A DNA stretch of 52,892 nucleotides from a virus (taxonomy: Duplodnaviria > Caudoviricetes), in the IMG/VR virus record IMGVR_UViG_3300036791_000331, positions 1-52,892 of that record. One strand, written 5' to 3'. Positions 8,778 to 17,383 of the stretch are shown piece by piece. The notes beneath the pieces are model-generated. The model saw only the letters and a program-made list of their open reading frames with translations. It was not told the origin of the DNA and did not search any database. The first letter of the stretch is position 1. Each line of letters begins with the position of its first letter. Both the position numbers and the translations under genes were made by a program.

Positions 8778-9127
8778 GCGTGTTCGTCTTTGGCTCCAAC
8801 CTCGCTGGCCGCCACGGCAAGGGCGCGGCGCTCATGGCGGTGCGTAACTACGGCGCGATCTACGGCCAGGGCGTCGGGCCGCAGGGGAACAGCTATGCGA
8901 TCCCGACCAAGGACCGCTATCTCAACACGTTGCCGCTGGATCGGATCGCGCCCTATGTCGCCCGCTTCCTGGCCTATGCGCGCGGCCACGACGATACGGT
9001 GTTCGCCCTGACGCCGATAGGCTGCGGCCTCGCTGGCTACACGCCGCAAGAGATCGCGCCGATGTTCCGCGACGCGCCTGCCAACGTGATCCTACCGGCG
9101 TCGTTCGTCTGGGTCCTGGCCCGATGA
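8774..9127 (+). CDS. A1S_2505-type phage protein (macrodomain-like)
   Basis: VFVFGSNLAGRHGKGAA...G.G.QGNSYAIPTK...TPIGCGLAGY. Confidence 0.8.
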   Translation: MSVFVFGSNLAGRHGKGAALMAVRNYGAIYGQGVGPQGNSYAIPTKDRYLNTLPLDRIAPYVARFLAYARGHDDTVFALTPIGCGLAGYTPQEIAPMFRDAPANVILPASFVWVLAR

Positions 9128-9339
9128 GAGAACGCCCGCCCATGCTGCCGCTCGACGCGCTGACCCTGATCATCGGCCTGCACCTTGCCGCGCTGGATCA
9201 GGTCCACGCCGCGCTCGCCCAGCTGGCCAGGGCGCAACGCTACGTCCGCATGGCGCTGATCATGCTCACCATCTGCATGGTCGCCACCGTGGTCGCCCTG
9301 GCCGCCGTCGTTCACCTGATGTGGGGCCTGCACCGATGA
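9124..9339 (+). CDS. Small membrane protein
   Basis: C-terminal hydrophobic helix. Confidence 0.55.
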   Translation: MRERPPMLPLDALTLIIGLHLAALDQVHAALAQLARAQRYVRMALIMLTICMVATVVALAAVVHLMWGLHR

Positions 9340-9602
9340 CGCGCCTGCCCATCGATCACTGCCCCTACTGCGGGAAGCCGCACGACTCGGCGACGAACGC
9401 CGATCCTGGTCGGGACGAGCGCCCGCCGGAGCCGGGCGACGCCTCGATGTGTATCGGCTGCGGCTCGATGCTGATCTTCGACGACGACCTGAAGCTCTCG
9501 AAGCCCGATCCCGAAACGCTGCAAATTCTGCTCTCCGATGCGCGTGTCCAACAGATGATCGGCGCGTGGCTTGAGGGGAAGTTCGGAGCGAAGCCGGGAT
9601 GA
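9336..9602 (+). CDS. Zn-finger hypothetical protein
   Basis: CPYCG...P.PGD.SMCIGCG. Confidence 0.7.
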   Translation: MTRLPIDHCPYCGKPHDSATNADPGRDERPPEPGDASMCIGCGSMLIFDDDLKLSKPDPETLQILLSDARVQQMIGAWLEGKFGAKPG

Positions 9603-10210
9603 CCGAACACGTCGAGATCGGCGGCCAGATGGGCTCGATGGCGCGACCCGCGCCAAGCCGCTCGTGCGCGGGCTGCGACCTGTGCTGCACGGCCGCCAGC
9701 GTCGCGGAGATAGGCAAGCCCGCCGGAGTCCGTTGCCCGTCCCTGACGGCCCTCAGAGCGCCGGGAACCAACTGCATGATCTACGAGCATCGGCCTGGGG
9801 TCTGCCGGTCGTTCATGTGCATCTGGCGGGCGTCCGACGTGGCGCTCGACGATGCGTTCTTCCCGGCCGACTGCGGCTTCTGCCTGTGGGTGAACGACCC
9901 GTTCGTGTGGCCGATGACGATCACGGTCGGCTACGACCCGAAGCGCCCGACCGCCTGGGATCGACCGCACTTCCGCGCCCGGTTCAAGGCGCTCGCCTGG
10001 GAACTCAACTGCATCGTCGCCATCGGCCAGGGCGAACTCGCCACCCACATTTTTGCGCCGTCCGGCAAGGTGTTCGCCAAGGCGAAGCGCCCGGACCTGT
10101 TCATCGACGGTGGTAAGCAGGTCGGCCTGCCGGGCAAGGAGTTCCGGGCCGGTGTGCGGCTGACGGTCGCCGAGATCGCCAAGGCGATCCTGGGCTACGC
10201 CTCACGATGA
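9599..10210 (+). CDS. YkgJ-like CxxCxxCC cysteine-cluster protein
   Basis: CAGCDLCC...KPAG..C...C.IYEHRP.VCRSF.C.W. Confidence 0.75.
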   Translation: MTEHVEIGGQMGSMARPAPSRSCAGCDLCCTAASVAEIGKPAGVRCPSLTALRAPGTNCMIYEHRPGVCRSFMCIWRASDVALDDAFFPADCGFCLWVNDPFVWPMTITVGYDPKRPTAWDRPHFRARFKALAWELNCIVAIGQGELATHIFAPSGKVFAKAKRPDLFIDGGKQVGLPGKEFRAGVRLTVAEIAKAILGYASR

Positions 10211-10626
10211 CCAGTAGACCTCCGAAGAAGGGCAAGGGCAGTTCGATCCAGGCGCGCGTGACCCAGGACGTGCGCGACGAGATCGACGCCGAGGCCGAGA
10301 GAACCGGACGTTCGGTCTCCCAGGTTGTAGAGGTCGCCATCGAGCGCGGTCGAATAGTCGCTGATCTCGGCGCGCTGCTGCGCGTGGTGGCCGACATTAT
10401 TGGCCAGGAGGACCCCAGTATGCTCTCCCACGTTCCACCATCCGAACGCCCCCGGCCGGACGGTGATCTGGCTCAGGTGAAGGTATCGCTGGACTGGAAA
10501 ACCATCACCCTGCGCTGCGACGACGAGGCGGCGCTCGGGCGCATCTTCATGTGGCTGATAGGGCAAGTCGATCTGTCGCAGAGCGGCGAAAGCGATCCGC
10601 CTTCAGCTGCCGGTCGAAATAGCTGA
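10207..10626 (+). CDS. RHH (TraY/Arc-like) DNA-binding protein
   Basis: [25 protein letters not shown]. Confidence 0.6.
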   Translation: MTSRPPKKGKGSSIQARVTQDVRDEIDAEAERTGRSVSQVVEVAIERGRIVADLGALLRVVADIIGQEDPSMLSHVPPSERPRPDGDLAQVKVSLDWKTITLRCDDEAALGRIFMWLIGQVDLSQSGESDPPSAAGRNS

Positions 10627-11542
10627 TCGTCTTCGGCAGGCCGTCGCTCAGCGACGTGTTCGCCGACCACTTCAGCAGCCGCTTCGCATCGGAGATATCC
10701 GGCCGCCGCTGTTTCGGATCGTCCTGCGGCAACGGGCCGTAGACGATCCTGGACCTGGAGCCGGTGAGTTCGATGATCGCCTCGGCGAGCGTGCCGATGG
10801 TGATCTCGTCCGGGTTACCGAGGTTGATCGGCCCGGTGAGCGGCTCCGGCGCGTTCATCAGTCGAACGAGGCCGTCGATGAGATCATCGACATAGCAAAA
10901 CGACCTGGTTTGATGGCCATCGCCGAACAGCGTGATCTCCTGGCCCAGCAGCGCCTGGACGATGAAGTTCGACACCACGCGCCCGTCGTTCGGGTGCATT
11001 CGAGGGCCATAGGTGTTGAATATCCTGGCGATCCTGATCCGCAGCTGGTGCTGGCGGCGATACTCGAAAAACAGCGTCTCGGCGCAGCGCTTGCCTTCGT
11101 CGTAGCAGGCGCGAGGTCCTATCGGGTTGACGTTGCCCCAGTAGTGCTCGGGCTGCGGGCTGATGGCCGGATCACCGTAGACCTCGGACGTGGACGCCTG
11201 GAGTATCTTCGCGCCGCAGCGCTTAGCGAGCCCGAGCATGTTCACCGCGCCGAGCACGCTGGTCTTGGTGGTCTGGACCGGATCGCGCTGATACTGGACC
11301 GGCGAGGCCGGGCAGGCGAGGTTGAATATCTGATCGACCTCGATGTAGAGCGGCAGGCAGATATCGTGCCGGATCACCTCGAAATTGCGGCTGTCGCGGA
11401 GGTGCTCGATGTTGCTCGGCCGCCCGGTCGAGAAGTTGTCCACGCAGATGACGTAGGCGCCGCCATAGAGCAGATGTTCGCACAGATGTGCGCCGAGAAA
11501 ACCAGCCCCGCCGGTCACCAGCACGCGGTTGTCCTGGCTCAT
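10547..11542 (-). CDS. uxs: UDP-glucuronate decarboxylase (UDP-xylose synthase), extended SDR
   Basis: [31 protein letters not shown] (YxxxK), [31 protein letters not shown] 11542 overlaps upstream stop. Confidence 0.9.
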   Translation of the reverse strand: MSQDNRVLVTGGAGFLGAHLCEHLLYGGAYVICVDNFSTGRPSNIEHLRDSRNFEVIRHDICLPLYIEVDQIFNLACPASPVQYQRDPVQTTKTSVLGAVNMLGLAKRCGAKILQASTSEVYGDPAISPQPEHYWGNVNPIGPRACYDEGKRCAETLFFEYRRQHQLRIRIARIFNTYGPRMHPNDGRVVSNFIVQALLGQEITLFGDGHQTRSFCYVDDLIDGLVRLMNAPEPLTGPINLGNPDEITIGTLAEAIIELTGSRSRIVYGPLPQDDPKQRRPDISDAKRLLKWSANTSLSDGLPKTISYFDRQLKADRFRRSATDRLALSAT

Positions 11543-12102
11543 GCGGTCTGCCTCATGCGGCCGTGGGAACGATAGACGCGGGCGAGGTTTTCGAGCGCCG
11601 AGACCACCATCTGCGACTGCCGAACGCTCTGGGTGACGCCGGTTATCTGCTCGACGGCTTCCCGCCATGGCGGCGCGACATCCTGCTCGACGATCCCGCT
11701 GACCAGGGCGACGAGTAGCTCGCGGTCCAGCGGCCCGATGCGCGACAGGATCATCTGCACCCGCTCTCCGGCCTTCAGCATCCGATCGGTGACTACCTCG
11801 CCACCTTTGCGGCTGGTGACGTGAACATCGAGGCGCTCCGGCTTTCCATCGAGGCCGCGCCAGATCGCCCAGTCCTCGGTCAGTGCTTCCGCCGCCCTCG
11901 CCTGGGCCGCGCTGATGGTGTTGCTGTCACGCAGCTTCACGAAAGGTGAGGCTCGATAGGCGGTGACGATCCGACGCGCGCGATCCAGGCGAACCACCGC
12001 GCCCTGTGCTCGGAGTCGGCTGATCTCAGCCTCGTTCGCTGCTCGCTCGGCGCGTCGGCGGGCGATCTCCTGGGGGTCGGTCGGCTTCGTGTGCTTTCCC
12101 AT
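11539..12102 (-). CDS. Prophage protein resembling alphaproteobacterial DUF6456/late-regulator-like proteins
   Basis: L....TI.AAQ..AA..L..DW...G and C-terminal ALENLA.VY; coupled to uxs. Confidence 0.5.
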   Translation of the reverse strand: MGKHTKPTDPQEIARRRAERAANEAEISRLRAQGAVVRLDRARRIVTAYRASPFVKLRDSNTISAAQARAAEALTEDWAIWRGLDGKPERLDVHVTSRKGGEVVTDRMLKAGERVQMILSRIGPLDRELLVALVSGIVEQDVAPPWREAVEQITGVTQSVRQSQMVVSALENLARVYRSHGRMRQTA

Positions 12103-12252
12103 TCCTGCGGCCTCGTGGCCTCGACTGCGGCCTTCCAGCGACGCCGGTTCGCTGCATAGTGCATCTGCCTGCGGCGCGCTTCGGTCTCGGTCATACCATC
12201 GGTTGTAGGTCAACCGCTTGCGCGCCTCCAGGTTTAGACGGATACATTCGTC

Positions 12253-12603
12253 ATGGTCGCGAAGTCGCGCGCGGACATAACCACCGATCAACCATCCCGA
12301 TGGCCCGACCGCCAGTCGTCCGAGCCGCAGCGGACGTGGTATGGATCATCACGTTGGAAGCGTAGGCGTCACGATCAGTTGTCGGCCGAACCGTTCTGCG
12401 TGATGTGCCTGGAGCAGTCCGGCGTCTACGTCATCGCCACCGTGGCTGACCATGTGAAGCCGCACCGGGGCGATGAGCGGCAGTTCTGGTTCGGTCGTCT
12501 CCAGTCGCTGTGCGTCACGCACCACAACCGTGACAAGCAACTGATCGAGCACGGTCGCCCACTGCTCGGTGTCGACGATGACGGATGGCCCATCGGTCGG
12601 TGA
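12253..12603 (+). CDS. Packaging-associated HNH endonuclease (HK97 gp74-like)
   Basis: WY...RW..RR..QL..EPFC.MC...ATVADH..PHRG...LQSLC..HHN..KQ. Confidence 0.85.
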   Translation: MVAKSRADITTDQPSRWPDRQSSEPQRTWYGSSRWKRRRHDQLSAEPFCVMCLEQSGVYVIATVADHVKPHRGDERQFWFGRLQSLCVTHHNRDKQLIEHGRPLLGVDDDGWPIGR

Positions 12604-12754
12604 CGGCCGACCGCCGACCGACGACGACCTGGGGGACGACCGACCACTGGGGAACTACCGACCCGGGGGGTGTTCGGAACTGTGGCGGCGACGACGAATC
12701 TATCGGTGTGGTGGTCTCACGCACATTTCCGCGAAACACAGGCGGGTTTTTCAA
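12604..12754. other. Putative cos / terminase-binding region
   Basis: Non-coding gap after HNH with CCGAC/CGAC repeats ending in G-runs, and CCCGGGGGG at 12662-12670. Confidence 0.5.
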
Positions 12755-13405
12755 ATGCCCAACGCGCAGTCATGGCCCGCTGATCACGTCGAACGACTGC
12801 CGCTCGACTCCCTCGTGCCCGACGCCCGCAACGCCCGGATGCACAGCGACGCGCAGGTGGCCCAGATCGCCGCCTCGATCCGCGAGTGGGGCTGGACCAT
12901 CCCGGTTCTGGTCGATGAGCAGGGTACGATAATCGCGGGTCACGGCCGGGTCCTGGCGGCGTTGAAGCTGGGTCTCACCGATGTGCCGGTCATGACGGCC
13001 AAGGGTTGGTCGGACAGTCAGAGGCGCGCCTACGTCATCGCCGACAACAAGCTGGCCGAGAACGCCGACTGGGACAGGTCGATGCTGCGGATCGAGTTGG
13101 AGGGTCTCACCGAGGAAGGCTTCAACCTCGATCTCGTCGGCTTCAGCGAAGTGGAGTTGACCAGCCTCTTCCTGGACCGCGAGGAAGGCGAGAACGACCC
13201 CAACGCCGAGTGGGCCGGGATGCCCGGCTTCGAGCAAGAGGCCGCAGGTTTCCACCACGTCGTCGTCCACTTTTCCGACCAGGACGGCATGGACGCCTTT
13301 GCGCAGCTGGTCGGCCAGCCCGTGACCAAGACCGTTCGATACCTGTGGTTCCCGCCCGTCGAGCCCGAGCGCGTAGCCGGAAAGGTGGCCTATGCCGCAG
13401 CCTAA
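12755..13405 (+). CDS. ParB/Srx-family protein with C-terminal EWAGMP domain
   Basis: NARMHS..QV.QIAASI.EWGW..P.LVD....IIAGHGR..AA, YVIADNKLAE. Confidence 0.9.
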   Translation: MPNAQSWPADHVERLPLDSLVPDARNARMHSDAQVAQIAASIREWGWTIPVLVDEQGTIIAGHGRVLAALKLGLTDVPVMTAKGWSDSQRRAYVIADNKLAENADWDRSMLRIELEGLTEEGFNLDLVGFSEVELTSLFLDREEGENDPNAEWAGMPGFEQEAAGFHHVVVHFSDQDGMDAFAQLVGQPVTKTVRYLWFPPVEPERVAGKVAYAAA

Positions 13406-14477
13406 CTGGGCCAAGATCATCAAATCCTGGGGGCCTGTGCCGAAGAAGGTCAAGCCGCTCGGCTCCACCTCGCCCATCGTGTGGATCGTCGAGCCGTACT
13501 TCGGCTGCAACCTGCGCTGCGGCCACTGCTGTGCTGGCCTTATTCCGAGGGCCGACGAACAGGCCATGCAGACGAAGGTCTGGTACGAGACGTTCCGCAC
13601 GCTCAACGCCGTCTCCCCCACCGTCCGCGTCGATATCGCAGGTGTGGTCGGCGAGCCGACCATGAACACCAAGCTCACCGAGTTGCTGGCCGTCGCCCGC
13701 AGGCTTGCCCCGCAGGCGCAACTCCAGATCACCACCAATGGGACGAAGCTGCTCGGCAAGCGCGGCAAGGTCAACTACAAAGCCCTGCTCGATGCTGGCG
13801 CGAACATCATCTACACCGACCAGTACGGGCCGCACGAACGCTTCGAAGCTCTGGCCGCCGCCTCGGGATATCCGTTCTACACTTACTATGACAAGCCCGC
13901 TGGCGCGCCGACGCCGTGGCAATACTACGGCCCCAACGCCAAGTTCATCTGCCTCATGGATCAGCCCGAGGATTGGCCGCAGAGCCGCTACCGGGCCAAC
14001 CTTCTGGGCAACTGGCTGGGCCATCTGGACTGGGAGGCAGGCAAGCGCTTCGGCATGAAGCCGCTCGCCGAGCCCATCGCCCGCCGCTGCAACCAGCCGT
14101 TCCAGGACGTCACCGTCTCGGCCTCGGGCGACTACCTGCTCTGTTGCCAGGACGGCATGCACAAGACGGCAGGCCGCTTCGGGAATGTGCTCGACGGGCC
14201 GGAGGGCTTCCGCCGCTTCTGGTATGGCGAAGAGATGCAGATCATCCGGCGTCGGCTGCGCCTGAAGAACCGCGCCGACACCACCGACGCCTGCGCCAAG
14301 TGCAACATCACGTTCAGCCGCTGCGATCTCAAACACTGGGAGGACCAGCAGGTGGAGCAGTTCTGGGACGGGACGTCCTGGCAGAAGATGAAGTTCGATC
14401 CGCATGTCGGCCCCTTCGACACCCCGGCGGTCGTTAAGCGAACCTCTCCTGGGCGCGTTCCTACTCTCGCCGAATGA
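13392..14477 (+). CDS. Radical SAM enzyme with SPASM/twitch domain
   Basis: CNLRCGHC (CxxxCxxC), GEP, ITTNG; C-terminal CNQPF..V.V..SG...LCCQD...GNV...CAKC. Confidence 0.9.
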   Translation: MPQPNWAKIIKSWGPVPKKVKPLGSTSPIVWIVEPYFGCNLRCGHCCAGLIPRADEQAMQTKVWYETFRTLNAVSPTVRVDIAGVVGEPTMNTKLTELLAVARRLAPQAQLQITTNGTKLLGKRGKVNYKALLDAGANIIYTDQYGPHERFEALAAASGYPFYTYYDKPAGAPTPWQYYGPNAKFICLMDQPEDWPQSRYRANLLGNWLGHLDWEAGKRFGMKPLAEPIARRCNQPFQDVTVSASGDYLLCCQDGMHKTAGRFGNVLDGPEGFRRFWYGEEMQIIRRRLRLKNRADTTDACAKCNITFSRCDLKHWEDQQVEQFWDGTSWQKMKFDPHVGPFDTPAVVKRTSPGRVPTLAE

Positions 14478-15406
14478 CATCCCCTCGCTTCAGGCCGCCG
14501 CACCCGATCTATATCCCGAGCAAGGGTCGGGCCGACTCCCGGCTAACCATGAAGGCGCTCGATGTCATGGGCGTCGACTATCTGGTCGTCGTCGAGCACC
14601 AGGAGCTTGACGCCTACGCCGCCGTCATCCCGCGCCGCCGGTTGCTGGTGCTCGATCCGGCCTACCAGCGCGACTACGACACCTGCGACAAGCTCGGCGA
14701 GGCCAAGGGCAAGGGCTCCGGCCCGGCGCGCAACTTCATCTGGGATCACGCCAAGGACGCCGGGGCCGAGTGGCACTGGACGGTGGACGACAACATCCGA
14801 GGCTTTCACCGGCTACACCAGAACTCCAAAGTGCCCGCCACCAGCCCGACGATCTTCACCGCCATGGAGGACTTCACCGCCCGCTACACCAACGTGGCGA
14901 TGGCCGGGCCGAACTACTATATGTTTGCGCCGCGCAAGAAGAAGATCCTTGTCTTTACGGCCAACACCCGGATCTACTCTTGCAATTTGATAAAGACGCC
15001 GCTGCCCTACCGTTGGCGCGGACGGTATAACGAGGACACCGACCTGTCGCTGCGGATGCTCAAGGACGGCTTCTGCACGATCCTGTTCAACGCCTTCCTG
15101 CAACAGAAGACGCCCACCCAGGTCATGAAGGGCGGCAACACCGACACGATCTACGTCGGCGGCACCGAGGCGAAGTCCAGGATGATCGCCCGCCTTCACC
15201 CGGACGTGGCGCGCGTGGTCTGGAAGTTCAGCCGCGTCCACCATGAGATCGACTATCGGCCGTTCCGCAACAACAAGCTGATCCGCCGCCCCGATCTCGT
15301 CATCCCCGAGGGCGCCGACGAATACGGCATGGCCCTGGTGCAGCTGGAGAACCGCCGTGGCCCTGACCGGACGCCCGCCGAAGCCAACCAAGCTCAAGAA
15401 GCTTGA
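14474..15406 (+). CDS. GT-A glycosyltransferase of TAGT/GREB1-like phage DNA-modification type
   Basis: PIYIPSKGR, GSGPARNFIWDH, W.VDDNI, RIYSC.LI, WRGRYNEDTDLSLR, MKGGNT. Confidence 0.85.
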   Translation: MTSPRFRPPHPIYIPSKGRADSRLTMKALDVMGVDYLVVVEHQELDAYAAVIPRRRLLVLDPAYQRDYDTCDKLGEAKGKGSGPARNFIWDHAKDAGAEWHWTVDDNIRGFHRLHQNSKVPATSPTIFTAMEDFTARYTNVAMAGPNYYMFAPRKKKILVFTANTRIYSCNLIKTPLPYRWRGRYNEDTDLSLRMLKDGFCTILFNAFLQQKTPTQVMKGGNTDTIYVGGTEAKSRMIARLHPDVARVVWKFSRVHHEIDYRPFRNNKLIRRPDLVIPEGADEYGMALVQLENRRGPDRTPAEANQAQEA

Positions 15407-15866
15407 AGGCAACCCAGGACATCGCCGCCTCAACGACAGGGAGCCGCAACCGACAGGAGCGCCGATCAAGCCGGACTTCGTGACCGGCGAGGCGTCGAAG
15501 GAGTGGGATAGACTGGTCGGCGCTATGCCTGACGGGCTCTATACCGACGCCGATGCTCCGACGCTGGCGGTCTATTGCATTGCATGGGTTCTACACCGCA
15601 ACAGCCTCGCCGTCGTCTCACGCGAGGGGATGTTCTCGACGGGGTCGATGGGACAGCGGGTGGTCAACCCGGCGCTGCTGATCCAGGCCAAGCAAGCCGA
15701 GGTGATCCTAAAGGCAGGCGACCGTCTCGGCCTGTCGCCGGTAGCCAGGACGCGGCTGGCGACGGGCGACGCGCCCGAAAGCCAAGGAAAGTTCAGCGGA
15801 CTGTTCGGCGGCGCGCAGCTACGACTGGTAACGAGCAACGAGCCGAAAGGGTCTGCGCCTTCATAG
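15357..15866 (+). CDS. terS: Terminase small subunit (P27 family)
   Basis: GRPPKPT.LK.L.GNPG.R.LN, EW.R, L..YC, NP, LGLSP..R; GGAG SD before GTG. Confidence 0.9.
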   Translation: MALTGRPPKPTKLKKLEGNPGHRRLNDREPQPTGAPIKPDFVTGEASKEWDRLVGAMPDGLYTDADAPTLAVYCIAWVLHRNSLAVVSREGMFSTGSMGQRVVNPALLIQAKQAEVILKAGDRLGLSPVARTRLATGDAPESQGKFSGLFGGAQLRLVTSNEPKGSAPS

Positions 15867-17371
15867 AGCAGCTGACCGTCCCCTCCGGGGTCGGTTCGGG
15901 AGAGAATATCCGTCTGCGCTCCTGGCAGCGTGAGTTCATCTTCGACGTGTATGCGCCGCAGTACGAGGACGGCGCGCGGATGGTCCGCCGCGCTGTGTTC
16001 AGCCTGGGGAGGAAGAACGGCAAGACGCTGCTCGCGGCCGCCCTGGTGCTGGTGCATCTGGTCGGGCCCGAGGCCGAGCGCAACGGCGAAATCTACAGCG
16101 CCGCGAACGACCGCGAGCAAGCCGCCCAGGTGTTCAAGATGGCCCGGCAGATGGTCGAGGCCGAGCCGGAGTTGGGTCGCCGCCTACGGGTGATCAATTC
16201 CACCAAGACCATCGTCTGCCTCGGCAACGGCAGTTTCTACCGCGCCCTGTCCGCCGAGAGCGGCACCAAGCACGGCCTGAACCCCACCTTCGTCATCTTC
16301 GACGAACTGGCCCAGGCCCGCAGCCGTGATCTCTACGATGTCCTGGACACCAGCATGGGGGCCCGCGCCGAGCCGCTGTTCCTGGCCATCTCCACCCAGA
16401 GCAACGACCCGGAGCACATCTGCTCGAAGCTGATCGACGACGGCCTGAGCGGCGAGGACCCGACCACCGTCTGTCACCTCTACGCCGCGCCCGAAGACTG
16501 CGACCTGATGGACGAGGCGGCCTGGAAAGCCGCCAACCCGGCGCTGGGGGACTTCCGTTCGCACGAAGAACTGGCGGTGCTCATGGCCAAGGCCAAGCGG
16601 CTCCCGGCCGAAGAGCCGAAGGTGAGGAACCTCTACCTCAACCAGCGCGTCAACCCGATGTCGACGCTGATCTCCCGCCGCGACTGGATGGGCTGTCGCG
16701 GAGCCTGCGACTGGATACCGGGCGAGCGCGTCTACCTGGGCCTGGACCTGAGCGCCAAGGTCGATCTCTGCGCCCTGGTCGGCATATCGGCCGATGACGG
16801 CTCGCGGGTGAAGTCCTGGTTCTGGAAGCCTGCGGACTTCCTGGAGGACCACGAGCGCCGCGACCGTGCGCCCTATCGCCTGTGGACGAACAGGGGCTGG
16901 ATCGAGGCGGTGGCCGGGCGGTCGATCCACCCTCGGGCCGTCGCCCTGAAGCTGGCCGAGATCAGCGCCGAGTATCAGGTGGTCGGCGTCGCCTACGACC
17001 GCTGGGGCATTCAGAACCTGCTGCGGGAGTTCGATGAGGTCGGCCTGGAGGCTTACCAGGACGGCGAGCCCGGAGACGGCCTGCGGCTGGTGTCCTGGGG
17101 CCAAGGCTTCCGCGATATGGGCCCGGCCATCGACGCGCTGGAGACCGCCGTCCTGCACGGCCAGCTTATCCACGACGAGAACCCGGTCCTGTCCTGGTGC
17201 ATGGGCAACGCCGTCGCCATCACCGACCCAGCCGGGAACCGAAAGCTGGACAAGAGCAAGGCGCGGTTCCGCATCGACGGCGCGGTGGCCCTGGCCATGG
17301 CGGTCGGGCTCAAGGACCGCGAACGCGAGTCAGAAGAAAAGCCCAAGGAATACCAGATGCTTGTGCTGTAA
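15584..17371 (+). CDS. terL: Terminase large subunit (start uncertain; conserved region begins near 15835)
   Basis: LRSWQ, GRKNGKT Walker A, IFDELA Walker B, GLDLS, YDRW, RIDGAVAL.MA. Confidence 0.95.
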   Translation: MGSTPQQPRRRLTRGDVLDGVDGTAGGQPGAADPGQASRGDPKGRRPSRPVAGSQDAAGDGRRARKPRKVQRTVRRRAATTGNEQRAERVCAFIEQLTVPSGVGSGENIRLRSWQREFIFDVYAPQYEDGARMVRRAVFSLGRKNGKTLLAAALVLVHLVGPEAERNGEIYSAANDREQAAQVFKMARQMVEAEPELGRRLRVINSTKTIVCLGNGSFYRALSAESGTKHGLNPTFVIFDELAQARSRDLYDVLDTSMGARAEPLFLAISTQSNDPEHICSKLIDDGLSGEDPTTVCHLYAAPEDCDLMDEAAWKAANPALGDFRSHEELAVLMAKAKRLPAEEPKVRNLYLNQRVNPMSTLISRRDWMGCRGACDWIPGERVYLGLDLSAKVDLCALVGISADDGSRVKSWFWKPADFLEDHERRDRAPYRLWTNRGWIEAVAGRSIHPRAVALKLAEISAEYQVVGVAYDRWGIQNLLREFDEVGLEAYQDGEPGDGLRLVSWGQGFRDMGPAIDALETAVLHGQLIHDENPVLSWCMGNAVAITDPAGNRKLDKSKARFRIDGAVALAMAVGLKDRERESEEKPKEYQMLVL

Positions 17372-17383
17372 GGACGCGCCCCG

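Noticed and set aside
12604-12670. Repeats as a mini-CRISPR array
   Set aside because: Units are short and degenerate with no unique spacers; no cas genes
13392-14477. Radical SAM gene as QueE of a 7-deazaguanine pathway
   Set aside because: It has a SPASM/twitch-type C-terminus, and no folE, queD, queC or dpdA is recognisable
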